DNA of 64,000 bases from Macrostomum lignano (GCA_002269645.1 NIVC01002011.1:124001-188000); one strand, 5' to 3'; shown: positions 36,998-50,162, counted from the first letter of the stretch. The notes: generated by a model from the letters alone, not told the origin. Translations and numbers: made by a program.

Positions 36998-37090
36998 TTT
37001 GCAGGCAATCACTTTTCCAACGACTGCCCGAATGACACGGGCTTCAAGTGTGTCAACTGTGGCCTGGATTATCCAGCACAAGCTCTTTTA
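36998..37090 (+). pseudogene. CCHC zinc-knuckle (LINE ORF1/gag) fragment
   Basis: (F)AGNHFSNDCPNDTGFKCVNCGLDYPA. Confidence 0.55.
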
Positions 37091-37286
37091 AATGAGGAAA
37101 ATTTACATTGCAAATCAAATGGCCACAGAACGCGAGCACAATACAGTCCTAGAACTCAAAAATAAATCTGGGGGAATTTAGTCAGGGGGAATTTAGACAA
37201 GGACTGGGACTGCAGGAGACCTTCCCCGTGTATCATGCTAGTGTGGCGGCGATGGCCGGGGCTGTTGCCCCCAGGACCCCAAGAAA

Positions 37287-37772
37287 ACCAAGAAACAGTG
37301 TCCCCAACCAAGAGACACTGTCCCCAACCAAGAGACACTGTCCCCAACCAAGAGACACTGTCCCCAACCAAGAGACACTGTCCCCAACCAAGAGAAAGCA
37401 TCCCTAACCAAGAGACCGCGTCCTCAGAAATAAGAGACAGCGTCCCTAACCAACAGACAGCGTCCCCAACTAATAGACAGCGTCCCTAACCAAGAAACAG
37501 CGTCCCTAATCAAGTGAAAGCGTCCCCAACCAAGAAACAGCGTCCCTAACCAAGTGACAGCGTCCCTAACCAAGAAACAGCGTCCCTAATCAACTTAAAG
37601 CGTCCCCAACCAAGAGACAGCGTCCCTAACCAAGTGACAGCGTCCCTAACCAAGTGACAGCGTCCCTAACCAAGAGACAGCGTCCCTAATCAAGTGAAAG
37701 CGTCCCCAACCAAGAGACAGCGTCCCTCACCAAGTGACAGCGTCCCCAACCAAGAAACAGCGTCCCTAACCA
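37287..37772. repeat. 20-bp tandem repeat x~24 (CGTCCCTAACCAAGAGACAG / TGTCCCCAACCAAGAGACAC)
   Basis: Continuous head-to-tail units, with a variant gradient along the array. Confidence 0.95.
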
Positions 37773-38437
37773 AAAGAATCCCAGGACAGTGGGTAATATC
37801 CCAACTTGCTGCAGCAGCAGCAGCCACTGCCGTCGAACTGCACTCGGCCATCGACAATGAAGCCGATGAAGTGGACAGCTCGAAACTCCAACCTGCACTC
37901 TCCCACAGACTGCAAGCCAAGTCAAGCTTGTTCAGATTCTGCTCTCTGGTTAAAAGACAATAAAGTATAAAATTTTAAAGCAAGTGGACGCAGAACTTCA
38001 TTCCTGACACTTGTCGCTGATTTTATTGGAATTATCCACTTGATTGATTGGCTTGACTGGCTTGTACCGGCATAATGTGAAATAGAATTTAGGAAATAAT
38101 AAAGTTCACTGAACAAGTATTGGGCTAGTTAAAAAACGTATTTAAAAGGAACAAAGGGAACCATTTTATTCACGGAGAAGCCAAAAGTAACAGTTTGCTG
38201 CTAGCGACATTTATAAGATATCAAGCTTCAGTTTTATATTTTTATTGTTCCAATTATGAAAAAAATTGCGTCTTAGAATCCGAAACAAAACTTTAACCAG
38301 TACTGTAACTGTAACAAAATTTCAAAAATTTTCGTTTAATTGTTTCGAACATGAATCTGATTTCTCACATAGCAGCCTTGTATTTTAAAAGCCAACTTTC
38401 TGAGTTAAAAAAGGCACATCAGCCGTGCAGTTGCAGC

Positions 38438-41400
38438 TCAGTCGGACGGCCGGACGTCCCATGGTGCGCTTTCGTCAGTGTTGATTACCTGGCGATAAGT
38501 AGAGAAGATGAGGATAAGCGTGTGTAAAAATGATGTAAATAACTGCGTAAAGGTGGTTTCTAACATGACCGACACTAAACAAAAACAGACAGGATCACCT
38601 GTCGTAACAGACAGGATCACCTTCTTAAGCTGAAACTTCGCAAAGTCTAAGCTGCACAAGATTAAAATTTCACATCTTCGAAAACAGAAAAATTCAGTCA
38701 CTTCTACTCGCTCAAACCAAATTGTAAAAAAAAATTCGCTGTTACTTATGAAAGCTCGATTAAAACGAAATTCGACTTTCGAGTCACCGCTCCTCCAGGG
38801 AGACCCGACAATTTTTAGCACCTGTAATATGTCAGGAGTAATAATGCGACAGGGCTCTACCCTGAGGTGCATGCGGCCAGCCCCATATATTGATAACCCC
38901 AGAACCGGTTCGTGGTCAGGTTCGTCAGAGCAACCGGACGGGATTTGTACCCTAGCAACCCTAGCAATCAGAACAAGCTGTACAGGAAGGACCTCAGGAC
39001 CCGCCCTGACTGGCTAGCTGAATGGGCGGAAGCTAGGCCATGATCAGCCATGATCTCCTTGGTCTCAACGAGCCCTCAACGGGTTTCCCCAGGCACTCAC
39101 CTCAGCCACCAGCCCACCTCCACAGGCCAGGCGGATTCGCTCCGAGGTCGCCGGCGAGTCCAGCTGGAAGCTGAGCTGGCCCTGATGACCGTTCGGAAGC
39201 TCGACCTGGCTGTCCAACCTGGCCGCCAGCACCGCCTGCCTGATGGCCGTCAGCACCGAGGCTGCCAGGTTCAGCGGCGGCTCGCCGACCGCCTTGGACG
39301 AGTGAACGGCTTTGGGGTGCTCGCAGCGGCTGCCTCTCAGCAGGCGGATGTTCAGCTTCTCCGGGATGTCAGAGAAGCCAGGAATTTTGTAAGCGCCGGG
39401 CCCGCGGGTCAAGAGGCGGCCATCGGGCGAGTAGCGAAGGTCTTCGATGGTGTACAAGCCGCAGCCCTGCGTGAAGGCGCCTTCCACCTGGCCGATGTCG
39501 ACAGCCGGGTTGAGGCTGGCGCCGAGATCCATAACGATGTCGCAGCGTCGGATCACGTGATCGCCGGTCAGGGCGTCGATTTCCACCTCAGAGCAGGCGG
39601 CTCCGTAGGTGAAGTAGAGGGCAGAGTCGCCCCGGCCGCTGCGCCTGTCCGCGTCCTCCTTGGGCGGATTGAAGCAGAAGCCGCAGGCCGAGAGGCTGAC
39701 GCCAGCCAGGTAGGCGGCGCCAACCCAGTCCTCCCAGGCGGCGGTCGGGTTCGCCTCGACGAATGGCGCCAAGCGTCGGCGCAACTGCAGGCAGGCGTCG
39801 AGAACAGCCGGAGCGTTGATGTCGGTTGTTATGGAAGCGGCCGATGACGTTGTGTTTGGAACCTGTAAAGAGGCGTTGATAATTATTTGTAGTGCACAGA
39901 ATTATTCCCGCCCGCTTAAGAGTGCATCAATGACAAAAGCGCGAGTACGAGTGAGGTACATGTACTAAAGCACGGCTTGGTCGTGTGTCCACGCCCATAG
40001 ACACTCGTGCGCTACGCGCACTCGTGTTATGAGCGTTGCTACACTCCGAGCCGTGCTTTAGTTACATTGTTTTTCTGTCCGTGCATCAATGCCGTCCTTA
40101 AGTTTTTCTTATTTTGCGTTTTGTCTATGGTAGTGTTCAGCGCCGTTCCGGGGGTGTGGGGCGGAGCCCCCACATAAGCCAGCTAAAATTTAATATTCAG
40201 AAAAATTGTATGTATATACTTATGTCTATGGTATGAACTAAATGGTTCGTACTATTTCACTTTTACCAGACCATAGACTATGTCCTACGAAACATTGCTA
40301 TATAGATAGTGAGTTAAGGAAACGAGAAAGGATTTCTCAGTTGACGAGCTGTAAAAATGACTACGGCCCGGCTTCCTCATTGGGACGCTTTCCCTGGCGG
40401 AATGATAAGTGGACTTACTGGCGCCGAGATCGAGAAGTACATGGATAATTCGTTCCTGTCCTTTTTCTCTCTCTCTCCACCCTTCTCTGTGACCCCCCCC
40501 CCCTGGTCCAGCCGATCAGCTCTGTCCTGCGCGGCACGCTGATTGGCTGGGCTTGACTATCGTCTGCTCTGTCTCTTCCCCGTTTTGGGTATTTATTATG
40601 CCATCTGGGTTCCCCAGTCCATGCACTAACTTGGGCTCCTGTGGCGATTTGCTCTGACTGTACCACATCGACCGTCTCTAACTGCCAATAAACAATCGAA
40701 CCCAGTAACAGCCAGCTATAAGTACACGACCGGTAGGCTCTGTCTCCTGCGATCTTTCGGGATTGTCATATCCGCTACTAGGTCTCATACATGTATGTAT
40801 TTATGATAGGGTCACTATATACCTTTTTTATATTTGATCGCCTGAGCATCCCAATGCCCCGCTTAATACAATCGTAACACTAATTTATTTTATAGTACTG
40901 GGGCTGAAAACCCAAATTAACCCTCGTTACTAGAAAGTCATCTACTATACTCAAACCAGAGCTATTCTGTCTCAGCTATGCTCAAACCCTGCCTCTGCTA
41001 TCGCTGTCTCTAGATCAAAAGAATCCAACCTTGTCCGTGGAAGTCTCTGCAATGTACAGCCGCCCGATGGGCAGTTGAAGAGCCCTGGCGGCTACCTGGA
41101 GCAGCTTGGTGTGCACCCCCTGGCCCATTTCCACTCCGCCGTGACAAATCAGCACGGAGCCGTCCAGATAGATGTTGACAGTGGCTCCGCTCTGCAAGAG
41201 GAATTTTTTGCCCATGCTGATGCTGTAGGCGATAGGGCAGAGGGACAGACCGCGTTTCTTGTGCCGGCTGGCGTGATTGAAGACCTCAAGCTCGCGCAGG
41301 CGGCCATGATAGTCGGAGGCGGCCAGGCACTCCTGCCAGCAGCGCCACAGGTTGTCGCTCTTCACCGGAGCTCCGTTCGGCGTGATCTCGCCGGAGCGGA

Positions 41401-44400
41401 ACAGGTTCAGCTCGCGAATCTGGCACTGCGAGAGGCCCATGGATTCGGCCAGGTGTGACACCGCCGTCTCCATGATGGCGCAGGCCTGCGGAGTGCCAAA
41501 CGCCCGGAAGGCCGTGTTGGAGGCGAGGTTGGTGCGGCACAGCCGGATCTCAATGCTCAGGCTGGCTAGCCGGTAGGTCTCCATGCAGGCGTGCAGCATC
41601 CGTCCAGCCACCTGTTCGGACATGTCCAGCGTACAGCCGGCGTTCAGCAAGATGAGCAGGCGCAGCCCGATCAGCCGGCCGTCTCTGTCCGCTGCCAGCT
41701 TGTAGCGCGCCTTGACTGGGTGACGACCTCCGGACACCGCCATGTCGTCCCAGCGGTCCAGTACGGCCCGCACCGGCCGGCCGAACTTCAGTGCGGCCAC
41801 CGCAGCCGGAGTGGCGAGCTGGCTCGGCCGCGTCTCTTTGCCGCCGAAGCCGCCGCCGATCCGCTTGACCTTCACCACGATGCGATTCCTGGCCAGCCCC
41901 GTCACCTTGGACAGGTCGCTCTGCATGCCGCTCGGGTTCTGACTGGTGGCGTAAACTAGCAGCTCCGAGCCGCCGTCCTTAGGCTCCACCAGGACGGAGA
42001 AGGGCTCGAAGTAGAAGTGCTCCTGGCCTCCGACATTCATCTCGCCCTCAACGCAGTGCTCAGCCGTGGCGAACGCCTCGTCAACATCGCCAACAGTCAG
42101 CTGCTTCCAGTGTTCCTCCGGAAAGAAGCTGTCGTAGGCGGCCGCGTTTGAGATGGTGACCACAGGCAAGCGCTCCGCAGGCCCGTACTGCACGCGCACT
42201 AAACGGGAAGCTCGACGCGCCGTGTCGCGGTCCGCGGCCAGCACACCCGCCAGGAACTGGCCAGTGAACATCACGTCGGAGCTTGCGAAGACCGGCTCGT
42301 CATCGAATGCGTAGCCGTACAAGTTGCTGCCCGGAACGTCTCGGCTGTCCACGAAACCGGCCACGCCGTCCATCGCCAGGGCGTCCGTAAAGTCGATGCC
42401 GACCACCGTCGCTCTGGCCCGGTCGCTCATCACCGGCGCCAGGAACAGCTCGCCGGTGGCCGCCTGTGCGTCGTCAGTGTACATGGCTTCTCCCGTCACC
42501 TGGGCGATAGCGCTAGCGTGGGAAACTGGCCGCCCCACGAGGTCCTCGATCGGTTGGTCTGCCGGGACGGACTCAAACACCTGCGTGGCCGACAGTGGTC
42601 GTCGGTCGAGTTCGTCTACAGCGGACACGTCGAACGGAAGTCCGACGTCGCGGCAGACGCGCTGGTAGAAGCGGAACAGCATCGAGGCGGCTAGCGTAGA
42701 CCGGTAGGCGGCCTGTCCTCCCGGAGCGCCCCAGGCGACCGCAGCCTCTGTCTTCAGCTGGCGCAGGCCCGCCTCCAACGCGTCGCCGTCCTCCCAGCGG
42801 CGCCCGACCATGGCGGCGGCGGCCTGTCCAGCCGACAGCACAGTTGGCGCCAGACCGCCGAAGCAGAGACGAGCGGCGGCTACTTGATCTCCGCCGGGCC
42901 CCAGGTCGACCCAAATTGCTGCGTTCACGATGGCGATGTCGTCCTCTTTTCGCCGAGCCTGCTTGACGGCGTAGCAGTGCTGCCGCTCGGAGCAGAAGGG
43001 TATCGACACACTGCGCAGTACCTCGTCAGGCCTGGCCGCCGTGCGTCTGTAGCCGACGAAGAAGCTTTGGTCCGCTGCCACGTTGCGCTCTCCGCCTGCG
43101 GGCAAAGCAAGGATCCTTATGGGTTGTCATGGGGCTCTGCGGTTTATGAACATGATGTGGTTTAATGAAACGGTGCATGTTCTCGTAGAGATGGCTTAGA
43201 CAACAGCTCAGACTCACGCAGCGACGCCAGCGTCAAGGTGGCTCCTAGAGCTCCGAGAAGAGGAATCAGGTCCGAGATCGGGCTGGCTGTCATTACATTG
43301 CCGCCGATTGCCTGCAGAAAAAGCAAAAGTCGGTCAGTTTCCAGATGAAGGCGAATCAGGCCGACAGTTGACTCACAGAGACCAAAGAGTCAAGCAGTCT
43401 TGCCCGTTCCCCCGCCCATCTCAATTACCGCAACGTTGCGGATCTGCGGCCCGGCAAACTGGTCCAGCATATCCAGCAGGGCCCGGCAGCCGCGCTTCTG
43501 GTGCTCCAAGGACAGCCCACCGGCCTTGGCATCCGAGCACAGGCGCCGGCACAGCTGCGCCAGGCGTGTTAGGCTTACGCTGGCGCCAATCACAAAGCCG
43601 GCGGGTGTCGCCTCCATTGACGTCAGCTCAGGCACGCCGGAAGTGCAAATTAGATGCGGATAAATGGCGCCCTTCTGCTTGGTCTCGATGCCTGGGCATG
43701 GTTCATTCGGTGAGGTGCATTGCATTTATCTAAGATACTGAAATTCATTCTACAGATATGATATTGGTACTACTGACAAGAAAGCCACATATATTGGTGC
43801 AACTGACAAGATAGCCACAGATTTTGATACTGTTGACACGATACCCACTGATATTATCGGTACTAATTACAAGATTCCAACTACCAGTAATCCTACTGGC
43901 AAGCATTCATGATCTGTGAACCAAAACTCACCAATCTCGCTATTTCCCACAACCAGCTTAGCTTCGGGGTGCTCAGATTTGAGCTGCAGAAGCCGCTCCA
44001 GGCTGACTGGCCGATGCCACGTGACCCGATCTGAGGTGAAGCGTAGCTCACTTGCGTCGTACCGGTCCGTCAGCTAGATGAATTTAAATTGGCGATTTGG
44101 TTAAACTAAATTCCAGAACAAATGCACAGCTTTCAATCCCGGTTCGAAATCGAACAACCTGCAGCTCGCTGGGGAACAGCGGCTCCTGGCTGGGATCGTA
44201 AGGCAGCAGGTCGGTCGTGTCAAACAACTCCGTTGCCACCCCGGAGCCCTTTGCATCCATGCAGCATCCGGAGGAGCCTCGGCCGCCGCCGCAGCAACCG
44301 CTGCTGTCGCCGCCGCCACCGCAACGCAGAGACCTCAGGCCGTCCAGTATGGGTCGATAGCCGGTACAGCGGCATAGGTTGCCCTGAAGACTGGCCGTCA

Positions 44401-47400
44401 GCTCGGCGTCTGTAGGATGTGACCGCTCTCGCAGCAGGCTGTAGGCGGACATCAGGACGCCGGGCGTGCAAAAGCCGCACTGGGAGCCGTGCGCCCTGGC
44501 CAGGCGCTCCTGCACAGCGTGCAGCGCCCCGCTTCGCCCGATGCCTTCGATAGTGGTGACGGAGGCGCCGTGCACCGAGCAGAGGGGCGCCAGACAGGCG
44601 TTGACGGCGAGGTGCAGCGGCGAGTCGGCCCGCCGGTCCCATCGAGAGATCATCACGGTGCAGGCGCCGCAGCCGCCCTCTCCGCAGGCGAGCTTTGTGC
44701 CGGTGAGATGCACTGGGGGCGGAGCGGGTGAAGGGCAATTTACTGTTAGCTTGGCAGAAGGCCAGGTTTAAGCTAGTCCGAGAAAAGACGAAGTGGCTAA
44801 AGCTAAGCGAGATATTTTATATTTTATAGTGCCGTCTACGCTAGAGAATGTGCACTGAGAATAAAACAAATGAGTGGACGAGCACAGGAGAACGAAGATG
44901 ATGTTTCCTAATTGAGAATGAAGATTGAGAATTGAGAATGGATAAAAATGCAGATTTAACTAATGTTTCAATGCGAGCGGCGACAGGTTTGTTCGACTAG
45001 AACTGCCTAACAAAAAAATTAGGCGGTCTCCGATTCTTCTCAGAGCGACGACGCCCAGCAGTCGTCGACTCGTCCAGCAGTTCGTCCAGGTCCGTCGCGC
45101 TTTAACAGTACTGGGCGGCCGACCGTCTTCTGCTGCATGCGGGCCCGCTCTCCCTTGTTCAGGACTCGGACGCGTATGTTATGGGAAATTCGTGCAGCTT
45201 GCTGAGGACGCCCGCAAAGCCCCCTGCTGCTATCACAGCTAGCACAGACGGAATCCCTTGTAGAATTCCGGAATCTTCCGCACTGGAGGCGCCGAAAAGC
45301 GCTGACTTCAGCTTCTGTAGGGCCAGTTTGCACTCCGTATTTCACCGTAGCTGCCGCCCCTTCTGAGCTGTTTGATGTAGTGGATTTGCGATGCTGGCCA
45401 AGTGTGGGACGAATTGGGCAGAAGCTCATCGTACCAACAAGCCGATGAATGTCTTCGGCGCAATCAGGAGTTGGGATGGACTGGATGGCGCTGATCTTGT
45501 TCTGAGTTGGCTGAATCCCCTTGGCAGATGTTTTTTGTCCCAGGTACTCAGCTCCGGGTTGATTTTGAATCCAACCTATTTATCAGTTTCTTCATCAGAT
45601 CCTTGAAGCTTTGCAGCTTCAAATTTGTTAATTGCCTGATTAGAGCTCCAAACTCAGGCGCTCAGATTGCAGACGTCCACTGGCAGGTTGCCATCAACGC
45701 TTGACACCACGAGCGCCCTGTTCGGCAGCAGGCCCGTCTTGTCGATGAAATCAGAGCTGGGCTTAAACTGATCCTGCTCGACGGACGACGGCACCTTTAC
45801 CGGGATTATGACGCAGACAGGTATCGTCACAGTACTGGCAAATCATTTGGGCACCACTCGGCAGGCTGGCGCGGGGCTTCTATCATGAAAAATGGAGATC
45901 CTGGTTGACCCAAGCTGAACAGAAGACATCCGGAGGTCCACTATGAAACTTGAGCATATCTTGCCGATGGCGTCGAAGCCGAGTACGCATTTCTGTTGGA
46001 TATCGACAACCACCGTCCGCTGATGCTCTGTTGGCGGCAGACCACCGGCGGCAGGCCAGCGTTGCACTCCCTGGAGACTCCAAGCGTTGGCGTGCAGATG
46101 TTGGATAGCCACCTAGAATCAGTTGAAGAATCTTCCTGGATGCTGCCCCTGTGTCAGGCTCATTTTCCTCTTTCACGTGAATTGCCGCGGCTGCTGATTG
46201 TGGTGACTGGTCGCGGCCAGGTCTGCCAGCTGCTCCTGCATCTGCTCCAGTCGATCAGATACTTGATTGCTAACTGATATCAACGCTTGCAGAGGCTTCC
46301 TTGCTGCCGATGCTCTTCAGCTTTGTAGCAAATAGGTTAATTCCATGGAACTTAAATGCACTTCAATTTCAGAGCTGACTTTGTCACAATCGGGCTCTTT
46401 CGGTAAAACTTCGAGAATTCTCCCTAGGTAGCAGTGCTACAAAATCTTCGAACATCTGCAGCCACATGTTAATGTTGGCATCGTCTGCACACAAAAAATT
46501 AGGTGGCAAAAGTTCATTCACATGCGCCATGAGTGAGCCGGCTCGAGTTAGAGACCGCTGCCACCGATGTACGACCCTAGCCAATGTACCCTGAGTAAAA
46601 ACACAAAACTGCACGCTCACACGAGAGAGCGAAATTGATGTCGTTTGCGGTACGAAGACGGCTTGGCTGTCAAATCGCCGTTGGAGGCAATTTAAATTGG
46701 GAAACGGTTTTGTGTAGAAGGGTGTAGAATGTCTTTTAGATATTATTCGTATTAGAGTATTGGCTGATTATCTAAAGTTCAATTAAAATAGTTAATAATT
46801 AAATGTACTTTTATGCATAACAAGAAAAAATAGCAAGTGTTACATTTTCGCCGCAGATACGAGATTAACGTCTCTTCCGGATCCGGTGCGGATTCCACAA
46901 TCTGAAAAAATAGAAGTACGATACTCTATACGCACTACTTTCACAAAAAACAGTAGTATTTATGACCTATCATATTGCCTGTCTTGTTTTTTCTAGTATT
47001 CACAGAGACTAATTTATTTAAGTAGCTGATAATACTACATAAAATGGTTTCCAGCTCCTAGGGTCACTGCAGTTTGAAGGCCCAAGCTATAGAAGTGCAC
47101 TAGAAACTAAGAAAAACGAAAAAGAAAATTTTCAGCGCGACGTTCTGGGTCGATAATATTCATGAACTCAGCGTGCAAACGTGCAGTACACAGTTTGGCA
47201 CCACTGACTCCCAATTAATCTCCCCTGACACTCAATTAGGTACCCCTGGCACTCAGTTAAGTGCCCCGTGACGCTCAATGACGCCCCTGACACTTAATTA
47301 GGCGCCCTCTGGCAATTAGGCGCCCCTGACACTTAATTAGGCGTCCTCTAGCAATTAGGTGCCCCTGACAATTAAATGCATCTGACACTCAGTTAAGCGC

Positions 47401-47536
47401 CCCGTGGCACTCAATTAGGCGCCCCTGACACTAAAGTTGCTACTATTACTAACCCTGGGTTTGGCCATCCGGAAGAATTTCGTCAATTCAAACTTACCTT
47501 CATCTGATTAACATAGAATACGAGTTTGGTCTCCAT
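38438..47536 (-). CDS. XDH: Xanthine dehydrogenase/aldehyde oxidase family molybdo-flavoenzyme, paralog 1, 9 exons, 1342 aa
   Basis: Exons (5'->3'): 47498-47536, 46844-46901, 44159-44712, 43932-44073, 43429-43691, 43218-43311, 41030-43095, 39101-39862, 38438-38488 = 4029 nt. All introns are GT-AG with consistent phases. Motifs: [106 protein letters not shown]-terminal PWDVR. Confidence 0.95.
39961..40066. mobile_element. ~105-bp hairpin element (GCACGGCTTG...CCATAGACACTCGTGCGCTACGCGCACTCGTG...AGCCGTGC); second copy at 48171-48271
   Basis: Terminal inverted match TGTACTAAAGCACGGCT/AGCCGTGCTTTAGTTACA. Absent from the equivalent intron of paralog 2. Confidence 0.7.
40490..40750 (+). mobile_element. 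Possible solo-LTR/regulatory block in XDH intron 7, shared with 55705-55960
   Basis: Both paralogs keep the order GATTGGCTG (CCAAT), TATTTAT(A/T), then CAATAAACAAT, while the surrounding intron is poorly alignable. Confidence 0.4.
45040..46620 (-). mobile_element. Deleted Gypsy-like LTR retrotransposon relic inside intron 2 of paralog 1 only
   Basis: gag start [13 protein letters not shown]...[10 protein letters not shown]; RT thumb-like [19 protein letters not shown]; TEAEVSAF..L; C..C. PBS-like TGGCAGCGG at 46563-46555. Intron 2 is 2131 bp here versus 271 bp in paralog 2. Confidence 0.65.
47200..47432. repeat. ~21-bp degenerate minisatellite (CACTCAATTAGGCGCCCCTG) in XDH intron 1; counterpart at 60955-61138
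   Basis: About 9-10 units in each paralog, so it predates the duplication. Confidence 0.85.
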
Positions 47537-48089
47537 GTCCAAACGGTCTCCGAGTAGATTCAGATGTATCGACTGAGTTTCAATAGAGTTAAAACAGAAT
47601 ATTACAGAGTTTAAATATTTAAACTCACTCTAAGTCAATCCCACCTTTATCTGTAGTCATGGAATACTAGACTTAGAGACGTCTGGCTTGCCCCCCCATG
47701 CATCTTGTAGGGCCCTGCATAAGAGTGGCTGTGTGCGTCGCCACCTTATGAGTGGCCCTAGGAGAATGACTGCTAAAGTAACTGCGCTTAGATTTAGCGC
47801 AGCTATAAGATAACGAACCACATGCCAGTTATATTACTCTTCGTGCTAGTCTCCGCTCAGTGTTCGTTGCTCTCGTTTTATGATAATCGGCTTTTAATTT
47901 CCCATTTTTTCATTCCTTGTACGCAATTGAAGTGCATTTAAGTTCCATGGAATGTACCTATTTGCCAGCCGATACTTTACTCACGAGTCGTTTCCCCACC
48001 GGGTGTTACCCACCCGCCGGTAAATTGCTTTATTGTCAATTTCAAACAATGATCGGTCATTGCTTGACATGTCATTGCCTTAACGTAAA

Positions 48090-49555
48090 TTACCATAGAA
48101 ATTTTGAACAATGACGCATTAATGCACGCTAATTGATCTTTCATATGGTCTTCTCAACAGTTGGCAATTCGATAGATGCACGGCTTGATCTTGCAATAAT
48201 GCCATAGACACTCGTGCGCTAACGCGCACTCGTGGTCTAGGCATCGTTACACTCTCAAGCCGTGCACTATCTCTCCATTGTTTGAAATTGACAATGGAGG
48301 AATCTAGCACGCTGACGAGTGCGTCAATGGCTGAAACACGAGTGCGCGTAGCGCACGAGGGTTTTTGCCATAGACGCACAAGTCAAAGTGCTTGATTCCC
48401 ATTCTTATTTGATCCAACATGTGTGGCTAAAGTAGACAAGGGTGGAGCTGGGGGTGTGGAGGTAGACTTGAACCATAGACAAAATATGCGCGAGCTAGTC
48501 TGAACATTCTTGCACGATTGAAAGAAGATTATGCTTGTAGTCTATGGCTGTTATGCTAAATATAGAAACATTGCGCATTACATTCTTGCACGATTGACAT
48601 TCCTGCACCGAGTGCACATGCAAATTCAAGGTGCTTTTACCATAGACACTTGCATTTCTGCACGCATATGGCGACTTCCAAAGCATTCTTGCACGCTGGA
48701 TCAAATAAGAATAAAGCAATTTACCGGCATATCATTTTAGAAAACGAACGAGTCTATGAGCGTAAAATAAAATAGTCTATGGTTGCAAGTGGCGGGCTTC
48801 GCCCCCACACTCCCATTCCCTCTTCCCACTCGGATCCTGATGGAAAAATTGACCAATAAAGTTAGCTGGAAATGAGAAAACATGGTAATGGCCATAGACA
48901 CTAGCAGCGATACTTCCAGACAACCCCCATTGTTTAGCAATTTGACGATCATTATTCACATTTTTAATGCAGAACAATCCATTACTACAAACAATGCATT
49001 GTCTGTAGGATCGTCAAACAGAAAAACAATGCAAAGAATCAGCGGTCGCAGTGTTTGAGCGTATGAGCTCCTACCGGCGCTCGCCAGACAATCGTTGTCA
49101 CGCACTGGGACCGCTGATTATTTATTTATCCATTGTCTGCACGCTGATTGACGCTTCAGTAGCCAGCATGCAAAAATGCAAGATTGTCTGCACGCTGGTT
49201 GATTTACCAAGATTTTTATATAAAGTGCTTTAACGTCTATGGTAAAAATCATGATTAACTGCATTCACTTGCTGGCTATACCATTCGGCAACGACGGCCA
49301 AATAGTACATTAATACCCATGCTTTGCGGGCGTTAATAAATCAGAGGGCGCCCTCTGATTTTCCCATTAACGCCCTTAAAGCATGGGTATTACTATTTTT
49401 GTGCCATAGACATTTGTGTCCTTGACAAAGTGGGACAGAATAATCGGGCGTTAAAGTGAAATACCGACCCCAAACCCATAGAATATCTTATACTTAACTG
49501 CCCGCTAATTTCGATATTTCTTTCCTGCAAGCGGGCTTAAATGTAGTCTATGGCA
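48090..49555. other. Cluster of CCATAGAC/GTCTATGG-bounded short modules
   Basis: Exact 8-mer at 48202, 48368, 48473, 48540(r), 48640, 48775(r), 48892, 49235(r), 49404, 49546(r), plus variants at 48093, 48752 and 49476. Confidence 0.85.
49301..49397. repeat. ~97-bp near-perfect hairpin (MITE-like)
   Basis: TAATACCCATGCTTT...GGGCGTTAAT AAATCAGAGGGCGCCCTCTGATTT ...ATTAACGCCC...AAAGCATGGGTATTA. Confidence 0.85.
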
Positions 49556-50162
49556 TTAAAAGGCAAGAATAAGTGCCCAGCGGGCACAAAGGTCATGGTA
49601 CAATGTTTAACCTCCGATGTTTAACCCGCCGCCGACGTTTACCACGTTAAGTAGATCAATTTTAGCCTAGGTCACTTAACTTTAGCGAAGATCAAAAGTC
49701 TGATCTAGCTAGTATTAAATCTATGAAAACTCTTTCAGAAGCAGCTTATTGACCGGCAATGCTTTGAAACCGCCCTTACGAGTGTAGTTTACCGCAAGGA
49801 ATGAAAAACTTGGCTGCCAACCATTCGCGTGTCTGATCCTGTAAAAATTGCGTGGGGTTTGATAAGAAATTTTTAAGGAGTACATTGGGTATGTGGGGCA
49901 TGCAGATCGTGTGACTCTTCCTGGGCGGGTGTTCTCAGTCACGAGATGCTAGGAAACTATTGCTAACGCATGAAGGTCACACAGCTATAGAAGATACTCA
50001 TTGACTCAAAAACCAAGGATCAACTTTTTATGTAGGTTTAAATATTCGAGCTTGTGAAGATTACAGCTGGCGAAAATTCGATTTCTAAGTTTGAAATCTA
50101 TAGAATTTGCTATAGAATTTAGCTGGCCTTTTTTTAAACGCTTATCTCCTCCTGATAGCTGC

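Noticed and set aside
38438-38872. 144-aa ORF as a separate membrane-protein gene
   Set aside because: Only the last 51 nt are conserved with paralog 2 and they form XDH exon 9 (PWxVR C-terminus). The upstream part is intron, and the equivalent frame has a stop in paralog 2.
44270-44340. Gly/Cys-rich stretch ([22 protein letters not shown]) as a novel insertion
   Set aside because: A similar GCCGG...CCM linker follows the Fe-S domains in known animal XDHs.
39050-44771. Many plus-strand and alternative-frame ORFs overlapping the XDH exons (also 54589-60248)
   Set aside because: They are shadow ORFs of GC-rich coding sequence; the minus-strand XDH frame explains the region.
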